From: Minutocellus sp. GHC0000111
Taxonomy: Eukaryota
Length of the DNA: 64,000 bases
Direction: 5' to 3'
Assembly (NCBI GenBank): GCA_977018835.1
Contig: OZ361260.1
Coordinates: forward strand, 1,860,001-1,924,000
Position numbers and translations under genes: made by a program
Shown here: in pieces, positions 33,471-45,823 of the stretch
Numbering within the stretch: position 1 is the first letter of the stretch
Layout: every line of letters begins with the position of its first letter
Notes under the pieces: model-generated
Told to the model about the DNA's origin: nothing
What the model saw: the letters and a program-made list of their open reading frames with translations, nothing else
The model's database searches: none

Positions 33471-34172
33471 TTACTTGTGATAACCACTTCCTTTGCGAAT
33501 CTCCGAGGCCCTGTAGATCTGCTCGATCAACACTGTCCTCGCGAATTGATGCGTGAATGTCATGGGAGATAAACTGATCATATTCTTTGGCGGTTTGCGT
33601 CCCCTACCACCAGCGGTAGCGCCAGCGACGCCTTGACGATAATAATCATAATCGGATCCGTCTTTTTGTTGGGCAAACTCTGATGGGTCACCCCGTAATT
33701 CATAAGGCAATCCCTCAGCTCCCCCAATCACGAAAGTCAATCTACTGCCACCCTCATCAAACCAATTGTACAGGTCGTCAGCAAATTTCTCACTTGTTAA
33801 CACCCGGCCTAATGGATCCAACAATACAACTGAATGGTTTTTATCGTCGTCTGTTGTTACACCCTTTACTAAATCATTGTCATTTTTGTGGTAATGTGTT
33901 TGAACATTGATCCCTGCCGGCCTCAAGCGTTTTTCATACATTGCATATCCATCGTCTAGCCATTTCTCGGCACCCTTTCGTCCCACGATTCTGATCTTGA
34001 CCTCGAGAGCCATCGACAATGGAAGTGACTTGCCACTTTCTACATTGCAGCTTTGTCGCGAACATGGGCGACAGAGGTCCCCGCGTCGCACAAACGAGCT
34101 GGTGAATGCGCCAGATTTGGATATTGCATAAGAAGCAACAAGTACTCGTGTTATGGTAGTGAGGTAGCGCAT
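33471..34172 (-). CDS. rlmH: 23S rRNA pseudouridine-1915 N3-methyltransferase RlmH, plastid-targeted
   Basis: FVIGGAEGL, SLSPMTFTHQFARTVLIEQIYRA...GSGYHK SPOUT motifs. Confidence 0.9.
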   Translation of the reverse strand: MRYLTTITRVLVASYAISKSGAFTSSFVRRGDLCRPCSRQSCNVESGKSLPLSMALEVKIRIVGRKGAEKWLDDGYAMYEKRLRPAGINVQTHYHKNDNDLVKGVTTDDDKNHSVVLLDPLGRVLTSEKFADDLYNWFDEGGSRLTFVIGGAEGLPYELRGDPSEFAQQKDGSDYDYYRQGVAGATAGGRGRKPPKNMISLSPMTFTHQFARTVLIEQIYRASEIRKGSGYHK

Positions 34173-34632
34173 TTACTTGGTCTTTCGCTCTATTTGTACG
34201 ATGATGCGATGGAGCCTCGCTCAATGCTGACAGCCAGCTGACCGCTCCGCATCTCCGCATGCCGCGGACGACGAACAGACATAAAAAGATTGCATAGCGC
34301 GTAGCGCATGGCTCTCGGCGAGGTTTGTCCTTGTGACACTCCTCAACCGAATTTTCTCCAGTATGTAGCCTCAACTCTTAAATTAGAGGAGTAATTATCA
34401 TCATCATCGCATGCACTCCCCCTCTTTTAACCTTTGAGAGATTTTCGTTCAAATTTCTCTTCAAGGAGTCTTCGCTTTTCAGCAATCGAAACACTTTGTG
34501 ACGAACGCGCGAAGTTGAAGTTGCGCAATTTTTTTTCCGTGCTCAGAGCCGTCTGCTTCAACGCAGTGCATCCCAGCAGACATCACTTTTTCGTTGCTTT
34601 GCATCCTCCAACACCCCCCAAAAGCGCTCAAG

Positions 34633-36237
34633 ATGAAGTTCTCCTCCGCTATCTCTCTCTTGCTTGTCGGCTCTGCCGCTGCATTCGCCCCTGCACCTTC
34701 CTCCCAAAGCCGTGGAACTGTGAGTCTTTCTCGTGCGCGCGAATGGCAAATGAAATCGCTCTACAGATCGCTCCCTTGGCGGCAACCCAACCTCCGATTC
34801 CAATCCTCTGTTGGAGAAGACATCGGCCCTCAATGTCCGAAGACACTAGATCAATTGTGTTTTGATTCGGAGACGATTTGGTGGTCTTGTCGAAAAAGCG
34901 CCAGCGTAATCTAGATAGACGCATGGGATTCGGAGCGATGGCAATTGCACATGCAAAATTGCATCAACAGATTGATATTGCCACTTTTGTTCCTGTGCTT
35001 CCTCAAATGCTTCATTATTGCGCGGGTTAAAAGAGGGGCATTGAATTGCATTCAGCGTTTGCGACGTAGTTTTTCGTGAGAAAATATTTCATTTGCAAGT
35101 CATGTCGATCAAATACATCTTTGTCTCACCCATTTCTGATGCTCTTTTGTTTTCTTTTCTTTTTTAACTACGCAATCACCGCCACACCATCTATCCGCCG
35201 TTTATTCCTCCGACGCCACATACATACCAATTCAGGCTCTCTTCATGGCCGAAGATGGTGAGATCAAGCCCCTTCGTATTGGTACCCGTGGATCTCCCCT
35301 TGCTCTTGCTCAGGCCTACGAGACCCGCGAGCGCCTCATGGAGAAGTACCCAGAAATGAGTGAGGAGGGCGCCATCGAGATTTGCGTCATGAAGACTCAA
35401 GGCGACATGATCCTCGACAAGTCTCTTATGGAGCTTGGGGGCAAGGGACTTTTCACCAAGGAGCTCGACACTGCCCTCCTTGGCGACGAGGTCGACATCT
35501 GTGTCCACTCCATGAAGGATGTTCCTACCTGGCTTCCTGAGGGAACCGTCCTTCCGTGCAACTTCCCCCGTGAGGACACCAATGATGCCTTCATCCACAA
35601 GGATGGATCCGTCAAGCGCATCGAGGACCTTCCCGATGGATCTGTCATTGGCACTGCCTCTCTTCGTCGTCAGGCTCAGATTATGGCCAAGAACCCCACT
35701 CTCAAGTGCGTCAACTTCCGAGGCAACGTCCAGACCCGCCTCCGCAAGCTCGACGACGGCGTCGTTGATGCCACTCTCCTTGCCATCGCCGGCCTCAAGC
35801 GCATGGACATGAACGACTGCGCTACGTCCGTCCTTGATTGGGACGAAATGCTCCCCGCTGTTGCTCAGGGAGCCATTGGTGTCCAGTGCCGATCAGATGA
35901 TGAGCGAAGCCTCAAGTACATTTTGGGCCTGAACGATCCCGACACTCACGCCTGTGTGAACTGCGAGCGTGCCTTCCTCGAGGCTCTTGATGGAAACTGC
36001 AAAACCCCCATTGCTGGCCAAGCGCGTATTATTGATGGAAAGATTAAGTTCCGTGGACTTATTGCCATGCCGGATGGATCTCTCAAGTACGAGACCGAGG
36101 CTGAGGGTGAGATCGATGATGCTGTTGAGATCGGAAAGAAGGCCGGTGAAGAGCTCAAGGCACAGGCAGGAGACAAATTCTTTGAGATGATGGTAGAAAT
36201 GTCGCCCCAACAGGTAATCGGCCAACTTACGAAGTAA
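34633..36237 (+). CDS. hemC: Porphobilinogen deaminase, plastid-targeted (exons 34633-34719, 35236-36237)
   Basis: MKFSSAISLLLVGSAAAFAP presequence; IGTRGSPLALAQA, GGKGLFTKEL, VHSMKDVP, RGNVQTRL. Confidence 0.97.
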
Positions 36238-36971
36238 AGCGCCGTGCATACATATGATAAGAAAAAACACAAATGGGAGAGACGCTGGGTTGACGCTTTT
36301 TTTCTGTGAAAGGAAATTGTTTCGCAGTGTCGCATGTCGAACTAGTCTAGTCTAATAGAACTATAATTTTTGTTATAAAAATGACATGTTGCAACTTAGA
36401 TCTACCTAGATCTATGGCGGGTAACCTTTTTTTCTATCTGCTCTTCTTGATGACATTGCGATGAAACGTTTTTTTGCAGGTAGATCGATTTTATACACAG
36501 ACATGATATATATACCGAAGTCAAGGGTGGAGCCTACCCTGTCACTCTCCATCTATTTCTCCCGTGCACTTGCTGGTGCTATAGCTCGAGGGTTGTCTCT
36601 TCACAAGAGATCAAGACTTAACAATCTACGTGGTTCAAAAGAGGAAGCGGCTAGGGTAGCGGAGGAAGCTAAGTATTACTTTGAGACTGGCCGATGTTCT
36701 GAGGAAAACGGATTCTCAGCCCGTCATCTAGCAGGGAATATGGGTACTACGAGCAATTCCGAGGTAACAGGAGTGGCCCTGAATATCACTACAAATAAGA
36801 GAACGACGGAATTTGTACGGTGAATTGCCTTGGCCCTCAGATGACAATTTGATAAACGTTTACGTAGATTTTACTTATATACATATAATATATATTACAA
36901 ATCAGCAAAGCATGTCACAACTTAGAACCATACAAGGCGGATATCGATATCACTTCTAGACTTATACGTAG

Positions 36972-38517
36972 CTAGTCCGATGGTGTTCCGCTGGCTCTCT
37001 TTGCTACTTGTATACGACGAATTGATCCCTTTCGTATAGGCGTCGTCGATAACGGTCTCGACCTGCGGCGCCGTTGCCGGGCAATCGATAATTTACGTCT
37101 TTTTAAAAGTGTTGCACTTGTCACAAAAACGACAATGAATACAATATATGCCGATAGTCCGATGGGGTATGGATTCCACATGTGATAAAGCACCGAAGAC
37201 AAAGCCGTTGTTACCAGAGAACGTCTAAGCTGCACTTTTTGCATTGCAGAAGTTTTTGCTTGTTTGATTCTCTGCTTCATTGCTTCGAATTGTGTGCGAA
37301 TGGATGGAACCTTCATATCTTCTTGAGTCGGAATTGCACTGCTGTTATCAGGAGGGTGCTGTGTCCTGGGCAAAAAGGCGGCTATAAGTGTAGCATTTTC
37401 GCCCTTGGCTTTGGCCGCTGTTCGATGCATTTTCCTCTTCTTCGGCGGAGAGTATGGTGACTCGGACAGAATTGAAGTCTCTGATATGAAGGATGACTCA
37501 AGCTCTGATGCTTCGAGTGCCAAGCGTTCAATGTGATCAACAGCATAATGGTCTTCGTTATCGGGTTCCAACAGCTGTTCATTCGCATCGTTAGAAGTGC
37601 TTGTATTGATTTTGCTTTCGATTTTGGCTTGGATTTCATTTCCCGCTTCGATACTTTCTTCTGACTGTTCCTTTATCAGCTTCTTGTCGGGATCCCGACG
37701 AATTGAGGCTTGTATTTCTCTACTGGCGACATCCTCCGATTCTTTTCTCCGAGCCATGTCCCCTTCAATGACTCCAGGATCAATATTGTTTGAATTTGGA
37801 TTGACTTGTAGATCAGTGGTCATAAAAGAAGCTGTGGTAGTGATATTATCGTCAAATGAATTGCCTGTGCTTTTGTGTATGCTTTCATAATCAAAGCTCG
37901 TATTTGCATCATCTCGAGTACTTGTAACGATACTTGTTTTGCTCTCGTTTTCCCCTTCCTCGATTGCCTCCAGAGCCAGGCCCGTCATGCTTGACATGGA
38001 AGACGAACGCTTCATCCCACCCGAGTTATGAGCAGATCTGGACGGTGCCTTTCGGCGGGCACTGCTACGAGCATTCCGAGGCGCCAAAGGATCTGTTCGC
38101 TGTAGGAGTTTTCTGATTTTGGGCTGCTTCTTGAGTATTCTTTTAACTAGCAATTGGCAATGATCGGCCGTGAATCCAGTAGGTATTGCAATGAGAAGCT
38201 CACCGTCGATGATGCACTCTGACGCTCGTTGTTCTTAGCACGTCAGTACTACTACTACCGCCGCCCCCGCCGCCATGCTTTTCTGAGAAATCTTCGATCA
38301 TTCGACACAAACCGACAAGCTTCTGAGCAACAAGCGTGGGTTCTGACGATTTTAGTGGGACAAGAGCAAGAATATCGCCCACTGATGCCTTGGGACCGAG
38401 ATCAGAGGACACATCCAATCGTATACACTCAAAGACCTTCTCTGATGGAGCAAGAAGGAAGAGGAAGAGGCGTTTCAGAGGCGTCGAGGAATCATTGGGT
38501 GGCGTGTCCGACATCAT
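36972..38517 (-). pseudogene. Hypothetical protein with C-terminal TM helix; frameshift at about 38220
   Basis: ORF 38200-38517 continues in another frame as SECIIDGELLIAIPTGF into ORF 36972-38153. Confidence 0.5.
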
Positions 38518-39301
38518 TCTGTTGTCTAGCTACTAGAAATTCCTATGAGGCCTATGAAAGAAAAGTCACGATAGATAATGGACAGAGAGTCGATTGTGGC
38601 AGAATTCGTCGGTCATGATGGTGTGGGATGGTACTAGTAGGGGAATGAGTTGCAGTGCGGTTTGTGAAGCGATGGAATCCCAGAGTCTCTCGTTTCCGCT
38701 GCTCAAAGATAAGCTGGCCTGCCTCTGCGATAATCAATGATGCGAGGGGTGAAATATGGCGCAGGCGGCGTCAGCAGCGGTTCTGGATGAACAGCAAGCG
38801 TTGGGCTGTCGATTACGAGTAGTACGAGTGTGTGCACATTAAGAGGGCGCTGTCCATAACTTTTAGGAAGCCCCCAAAATGCGTGTTTTGTGCCGTTTTT
38901 TCTTCGCACCATCGCCAAAGTTAGCACTCCAATGTGACAATGGGCTCCTCATCGAAGGCCGCCGCTCTCCACAGTGGCGAAGAGTCATCGACGTTCCTTT
39001 CAGCATTAAGTCGGAAATCCCTCCAGGAACACTTGGTTCAGAGGAACTTCGATGAATCAACTCTCCCTCAGAAATGCAACAGTCGACGTGCACATCATCG
39101 TCGGATCGACCGAAATTAGTCTCGGCCGACGCATGACCAGCATTGGTGGTGCTGGTGGGAAGATATCTTGAAGTTTTGCTGTTGGGAGGTAAGGGGATAT
39201 TTGTTTGGGGTATTTTTGCACGTCTCCCTCATTTGGGGTTCTTTTTTTAAGGTTCTCATCCAAAAGCGTGTCTTGTGCCAGAACCGACACAAAACAAAAA
39301 A

Positions 39302-40035
39302 GAGTTGGTCCAGCTTTAGGTGAGCCGCTCGACCCAAAATCTGGACATTCGAAGCATGGGAAAACGCGAAATTCGCCGTCCGGCCGACGTTTGCCCCCAA
39401 GAATCTCTGGAATGAATGGGAGAATCGAGAATTCTGAGCAAATGCCACCACCCTGTAGAAATGTGGCATCGAAGGCGCAGCTCAAAAATTCCAAGCACAA
39501 CATGTGTTTGGTGGGGGCAAAGTTTCGCGAGAAAAATGACGACGCCGGACGAAATTTTTTCTCTCATTGGCGGCCGATTCCGGGGCGGATACGAATCAAA
39601 AACACAACAATCAACAATCAACAACAATCAACCAAACAAACATTTTCATGCACATCTCAGGCGTGTGTCTCTGCAATTCTGGGTCGATTGGGCGACTGTG
39701 GCTCTCTTGGTATCACTTCTTATCCGCGGCCCTGTTTCGCGTACTCAAACACAGGTTGATTGTTTTGAATTATATTTTCTCATACAATAACATTCCAATG
39801 AAGCTGAAACTTTCGCATGAGTAGCGCAGTGGTATCGGCCAGCCTCGAGAATGCCCATATCTTACCTTGCAAATGTGTAGCGGTCAGGAGCGGGGGTCAC
39901 CATGGTGAGCTTCGTTCGGGAGAAAAAATGGATGAACGACGGTCTTTCCGTCGTCCGTCGAGGGCCCGACAACGCGAGCGAAGTTAGCAAAATCTCCAAT
40001 GTCCTGAAGTGCCTCACCTAAAATGGGACCAACTC
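39302..40035 (+). mobile_element. Nested non-autonomous GAG-ended TIR element (Sola2-like), AAAA TSD
   Basis: 23-bp imperfect TIRs; copy A has 7 A at the empty site, copy B has 6+5 A, giving a 4-bp TSD. Confidence 0.9.
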
Positions 40036-40045
40036 AAAAACAACC

Positions 40046-42357
40046 ATGGAAACATCACGTGCTAACGCCAAGGAGGCAATCCTCTCACTCTTGCTCTCAT
40101 TCCCAGACGACGTCAGATGTACTTACTACACTATTGATGAGCTTGTCCGTATCTTGATGCGCGGTGGCGCATCGCCGAGCTTAGAGATCTCTCTTGTTCG
40201 ATCATCTCTTCAACACGTCCCAACACGACACGAGGTCAACATCCAACGATGACGTCCAGAGAAAATATCAGGCCTTGACGTTGCAAAGCCCTTCTACCGC
40301 TTCTCCAGAATAGCCGATAACGCCAGCCCACGCTCTCAACGCAATGGCAAGCGATCACTGCCGACCACACCTGAAAATTACTTCCAGGACGATGAAAAGC
40401 ATGGGCCCCATCTCAACGCGACACTGAAATGTTGTTCCGACAAGAATTCTTCGGGCGGTCGGTCATCTGCTCCCACCGCCAACGCTACAGATCGTCCCAA
40501 CATCACCGGCGTGCAGCTCAACGGCAAAAGAATTGTGGTTGAGATGAAGCAGCTGCATGATTTCGCACAGAATCTCCACCGATCGTGCGGCAATCTGTGT
40601 CTCTCGGCCGAGCCAGTTCGGCGTGGATTCGGCGTTACATTTGAATGGCGATGCGATAGATGCAACCAACCTTTTTCTTTTTGCACTTGGATCGGCCAGA
40701 GGTCAGAAGTTGTGTGCCCCGGCAGAAAGCATTCTAGAAGTCAGGCTGGAATGAACTTGGAGCTGATGGAGGCAGCGGAAGATGAGGCCATGCACGCAAG
40801 TCGCTTCATGAATTTCTGCACGAAGGCCGACGTCGTCCATCCGACCGAAAAGAATGCCCGACAGGTGGAAAAGAAATGCAGAGCATTGGCTGTTGAAGCA
40901 GCTGATGAAATCATTGACGAGAATAGGGCAAAAGCATGTGCCGCTAGCAGCAAGACTGTTGAGTTTGAACAAGGCGGCGAGATGCACACGGCGGCGGTGG
41001 TTACGGTGGCCCAAGACGGCAGCGCCCTCAAACGCGACTACGGCCATTGCTACACTGGCTCTGCTGCAGCGGTATTTGCCGTAGACAAGGAAACTGGCCT
41101 TGTTGTTGACAAGGGAATCTCTCAGGCAAGCTGCCACTATTGCGTGAGAGCCTGCAATGCAAGATTGAGGGAGAGGCGGGAAGCCGGCAATCCAACAACG
41201 CCGAGTGAGCTCAAAAACATGAGCAAGGATGAGACACTGGCCCTGTACGACCATGATGGCTTCTGCTATCGCAACTCTTCCTACTCCCCCGGTGTGGCAG
41301 AGGAGCATCTGGCCGAGAATGTTGGGAGTTGAAGATTTTAATGCCATCCCCCGACCACGCATCAATCGGATGAAACAGGACATTTCGAAGATTACTGATC
41401 GGTGCAAGCACAGCGTTCTCGATCAGCCCGATGGTGCTGTGTCCGAGGAGGAAAAACAAAGTCATCTGGCCCTCCTTCAGAAAGAACTCCAGTCCGTCGT
41501 TCGTCACCAATGTGGCATTCACACTTTTTGCACCACCAACACGTGTGATTGGATTCGCCTCAGCATTGCTCATCCTGATTGGAGTGATGGCAAGCTCGAT
41601 GAGGAATGGAGCTCGGGGAATCAATTCGATGGCGACATATTGGAGATTAGTGACGACACGATTCGCAAGATGACGCTTGAAATAACCAAGAGAATCAACA
41701 AGAATACTGCCGACTCCAACTGCAAGAAGGAATCTACCACCGGCGTCGAACAGCTCAACGGGATGGTGACGAAGTTCACGATGGGGAAAAGGCCGAATTT
41801 GACTGCTTCAGACGCCTACCCAAATGCAACAAGTAGAGCCGCTGGCCACAAGTCACTGGGTACGGAATTCAATGAGCGAGTTCTTGGAAAGTTGGGATCG
41901 AGGGATTCTCCTACCCGAAAAGATGGATTCGATGCAATTGACCGGAAGCTCGAGGGCGACCTTGCGCGTAAGCGCACCGATGAGTACAAAAAGAGCAAGA
42001 GCGACAGCAAGCGCCTTCGAGCAGCCTTGCGAAACAGAAGCGAGAAAGACGACAAGGACTATGTGTACAAGAAGAACAGGGCCCTCTGCTGGTAAGGCGA
42101 AACCAGCAAAGCCTGGCCGCAAGAAGAAGATTGACCAGCAGTGTCAGAAATGCAAGCAGCTTGGCCACACTCGGGCTGAATGTCAATGCGACGATGCTGA
42201 CGACGTTGTCGTTTACGCCGGAAAGAAGCGCAGAAGCCCAGGCAGCAACAAGAAATCTGCAAGAAATAATAAGAAAGCTAAGACAAACTTCGGTGTATCG
42301 GCAAATGATGTTAGCTCTTGGATGCCGGCGATACTGAGAGAAAATGGCAGCTTGTAA
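40046..42357 (+). pseudogene. Kolobok transposase pseudogene
   Basis: CGA>TGA at about 40250; 215-nt deletion (A 9266-9480, removing DGDSK); 2-nt deletion at about 42085. Confidence 0.9.
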
Positions 42358-42461
42358 ACACGTGTAAAATATTTTATCACTGTAAATAAAAATGGATTTA
42401 TTGTGTGCTGTTACTCACGTGCTACGCACATTCTTGTTATCTACATGTGTTGAGGTAATGA

Positions 42462-43690
42462 TTATGCATTTTCCTCTTCTTCTTCCTCTTCATCTTGATG
42501 ACCAGGGATGAATCCAACATATCGTTCACCTTATCATTTGGATAAATGAACCTAATGCAAAAGACTAGACAGGTTGGCAAGGGCTTCCGATCAAGCCAAC
42601 CTCTCACATGATACACCTCAGTTGCATAGTACCAATACAGCATGTTCCTCTTCAAATTATTTGCCATGGCTTCGACTGGCATGGTGGTTGCGTAGTATTT
42701 GTCAGCGATATCCTCCAGGTCCTCCTCCGTCGGCACCAGCATTTCTTCGCAGACGCATTTCTGAAAGAAGAGTGTGCCGTACATTGAGCAGCTTCGGTTG
42801 GCGGCAGTGCAGCAAGCAGGGGGTATTGGCGGCCTCTCTCTGGTCTCGTCCCAATTACCGAATGTGTCTGCCTCCGGCGCTGCCGTCGGATCATCGTCGG
42901 CTTCCTCACAAACGGCCGCAACAAGAGCATCCGTGTCCGATCTGATCGCTGCTGATGGCCCACCATCTACCTGCAGAAGTTGGCCCATTCCAACAATATC
43001 AAAATCAACTAGTCCAATCCCAGCAGTAGAGTGTATGTCATCATATGGAGCCACATGTCATCGGTGGAACTTTGTCAATTTGATCACATGGCCCTGTTGT
43101 AGACTTCGGGCCTTTTCGGTAATTGTCAGGGCAACACGAGCGACGATAAGCTTTCCGCTTCCATCAAGCAAAGTAAGCGATGTGGTGTTGAAAGGTCGGC
43201 CGTGCGCAGCAAGAGCCGATCCAATATCGATCCGTTTCCCATGAAGTTGAAATATAGGGAAGAATTCAGGTCCGGCGTCAAACATGGGATCTTGCAATTG
43301 ATCGACGATGCCGACCGTCAGCCTCAACTTCACATCAGCCACGGACAGGTTGGTAACTACGAGGCCGGGCCGCTCAGCAGCGACATCAATATCATCCCGA
43401 ACATGATACTTATCAGCGCGAGCCTCGACTGCTTTGACAAGATGTTGAAGTGCATGGCCGACGCCGGGATTGTTCCATAATTCTCGTCCTTGTCCGTTCG
43501 GGTCGTTCTCCAACGTGACGGCGAGGCCCTCCAGTATCTCGGTAACGGCGTCTTTCGCTTTGTCCTCCGCCTACTCTTTCTTCTTGTCAACAGGCAAAAT
43601 CGGGCGACCGGAGTTATCTGTCTTGAGTTTCCGCAACCGCGTATCTGCGTTGTGGGCCGGGCCGGCACTATTATCAGCGCTGCGCTTCAT
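42462..43690 (-). pseudogene. KolX pseudogene
   Basis: AAG>TAG at about 43573, TGG>TGA at 43058, 1-nt deletion at about 42532 relative to copy A. Confidence 0.85.
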
Positions 43691-44324
43691 CGTAATGAAG
43701 AGGGGGCAGAGCGGCGATTCTCATGGTGGGGTCGAGTTTTTGTCATGCTTCGCTCGTCATAAGAAATAAGAATAAGGGGGATTAAAAACGGGGAAAATTA
43801 TGGACAGCGCCCTCTTAAGTTGCAAGTCCGCTGCTGCTGTAGCGGTTGTGTTGCGTTGGTGAATGAGAGGGACTGATCCCAGGGGGGGGGCTCGAGGAGA
43901 AAGGGGAAGACAAGGGAACGGAAGGGAAGGCGTCACTGTGTTTTTTCTCTCCCCCCCTCTTTTTTTACTGTCGGGTTAATTGTTAACATAATTGTAAAAC
44001 CTGCCAGTAAAACGACAGCCAAAAAAGGTAATTTGTGAGACAATTTGTAATAAATACATTTCTTTTGACGAAACCTTTGTCATTTATGATGCGTCTTTTC
44101 TTCGTCAGGTTAGAAAAACTGTCCGTCGTTCGCATGAGGGTCGGTGAATTAGCATGAATTTTAAAAACTGCCAGCAAAACAACAATATTTTTCACTAAGC
44201 ATTGAGACAATTATTGAAAATTATTGCTTTTTAATTAGTTCCTTTGCAAATTCCAGTGACGAAGAGGGAGATCTGATCTTTCTTTTTGTTCAAGGCACCT
44301 AGGCCTACCTTTGCATGTGCTGTC

Positions 44325-45372
44325 GAGTTGTTGGTCCAGCTTTAGGTGAGAGCCGCTCGACCCGAAATCTGGACATTTGTCTTTCCGTTGTCCGTGTTCT
44401 CAACGCGTTGAAGCATGGGAGAACGCGAAAATCGCCGGCCGGCTGGCCGACCTTTGTCCCCGAGAATCTCCGGAACAAAAATGGAGATTCAAGCCGGCCA
44501 TGCCAACGTGTCCAATGTCGAAACAGGTAGGTGAGATTGGATGCGTCGTTGGCCGGACTTGAAAATTCCAAGCACAACACGAGTTTGGTGCGGACAAAGT
44601 TTCGCGCAAGAAAAACGACGACGCCGGACGAAATTTTGCTCTCTCAATGGCGGCCAATTCGGGGGCGGATGCGAGCAGAAAATGCAACAATCAACCACAT
44701 GAACCTTTTCACACACACATCTTGGGCGTGCATGTGTCTGCATTTCTGGATGGATTGGGCGACTGTGGCTCTCACGGCGTCTCTTCGCATCATCCGCGGG
44801 GCTCTTTTTCGCGTGCTGCTCGAACACAGGTCGATTGTTTTTATTTACATTTAGGAGGAGCCGATGCTTCCGTTGTCTGTGCCACCTCCAGTGACATTGA
44901 TGAACAGGTAAAGGTCGCTCTCGGCCTCGACTTTGTTGTTCGGATGGCCAACGATGACATGCTCCGTCCTCCTCGTCCCAATGCAACCGTCACCGAACCA
45001 ATGCCAATCAGAAAAGAAAAGCAGGCGAATGAAAGAGAATGCGGTTCAGCGCCGTGGCTCTCGCGGATTGGTGGGGATACGGCGACCCAACTCGCACGCA
45101 TGAAGACCGGCAACAAATTGCAACTAACTGCCACATTTGTTTGGGCACAGCAAGTTCGGGTGCTGTTGCTGCTGTTGCGCATTTCGTCAGCAGCCATTGT
45201 TTGATTGATTGGCATCACACGGCATCGCGCACGGATTTCTGGCTGAACATTTTGCGAGGCAAAAATTGAAGATAAAAAATGTGCGTGCGAAGATTGTCCC
45301 AAATCAAACAAAAAAGGGGGTAGCCAAAATTTTACAGTAAAAGCCTGCCTAAAATGGCGATGCCATGATCCT
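44325..45372 (+). mobile_element. Older diverged relative of the GAG-ended MITE
   Basis: Begins GAGTTGTTGGTCCAGCTTTAGGTGAG; colinear with the MITE to about 44850; decayed right end GCCTGCCTAAAATGG at about 45342; strongly TpA-poor. Confidence 0.6.
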
Positions 45373-45823
45373 CGGCCGGCTTGCTTTTTGTAGCAGCAGC
45401 ACCAGGTCTACCTGCTACCTAGGTAAGCTGCTGCAGCAGTCGTGCAAAATTTTTCGATGCATGCATTTCTTTAAGTAACAACCCTAATGACCCTATGACT
45501 TTTCGAGGCAAGGTCCACCAGATCCCCCCTCCACTCCACCCCCCACAAATTTAATCTTGCTACGCAAGCTAAATTTGTAGCTGAGGGCTCGGGTACCTCG
45601 AGCCAATTGCAGGATGACGCAAGAAAGAAGCGATGTTCATGATGTTCGAAGCAATGACTTGCGACCTAGGTACGGCTGCTGCGCCGCGCCGGCCGTTGCA
45701 GTTGTCATTACCTAAAAGGTACGCTGTCAGTACCTAGGTATGTCAGTACGTCAAGTACATACAGTGCAAAGGTGAACTGTGCATCTCCTCGCCTTCTTTA
45801 CGCACATTTTGTCATATTAGAAT

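Larger units (their letters stand above)
38843..43814 (+). mobile_element. Kolobok-type transposon, copy B (single-unit, defective)
   Basis: Same 17-bp TIRs; TTAA at 38839-38842 and 43815-43818; near-identical to copy A. Confidence 0.9.

Noticed and set aside
36461..36823. 120-aa ORF downstream of hemC
   Set aside because: No recognisable motif or supporting gene structure.
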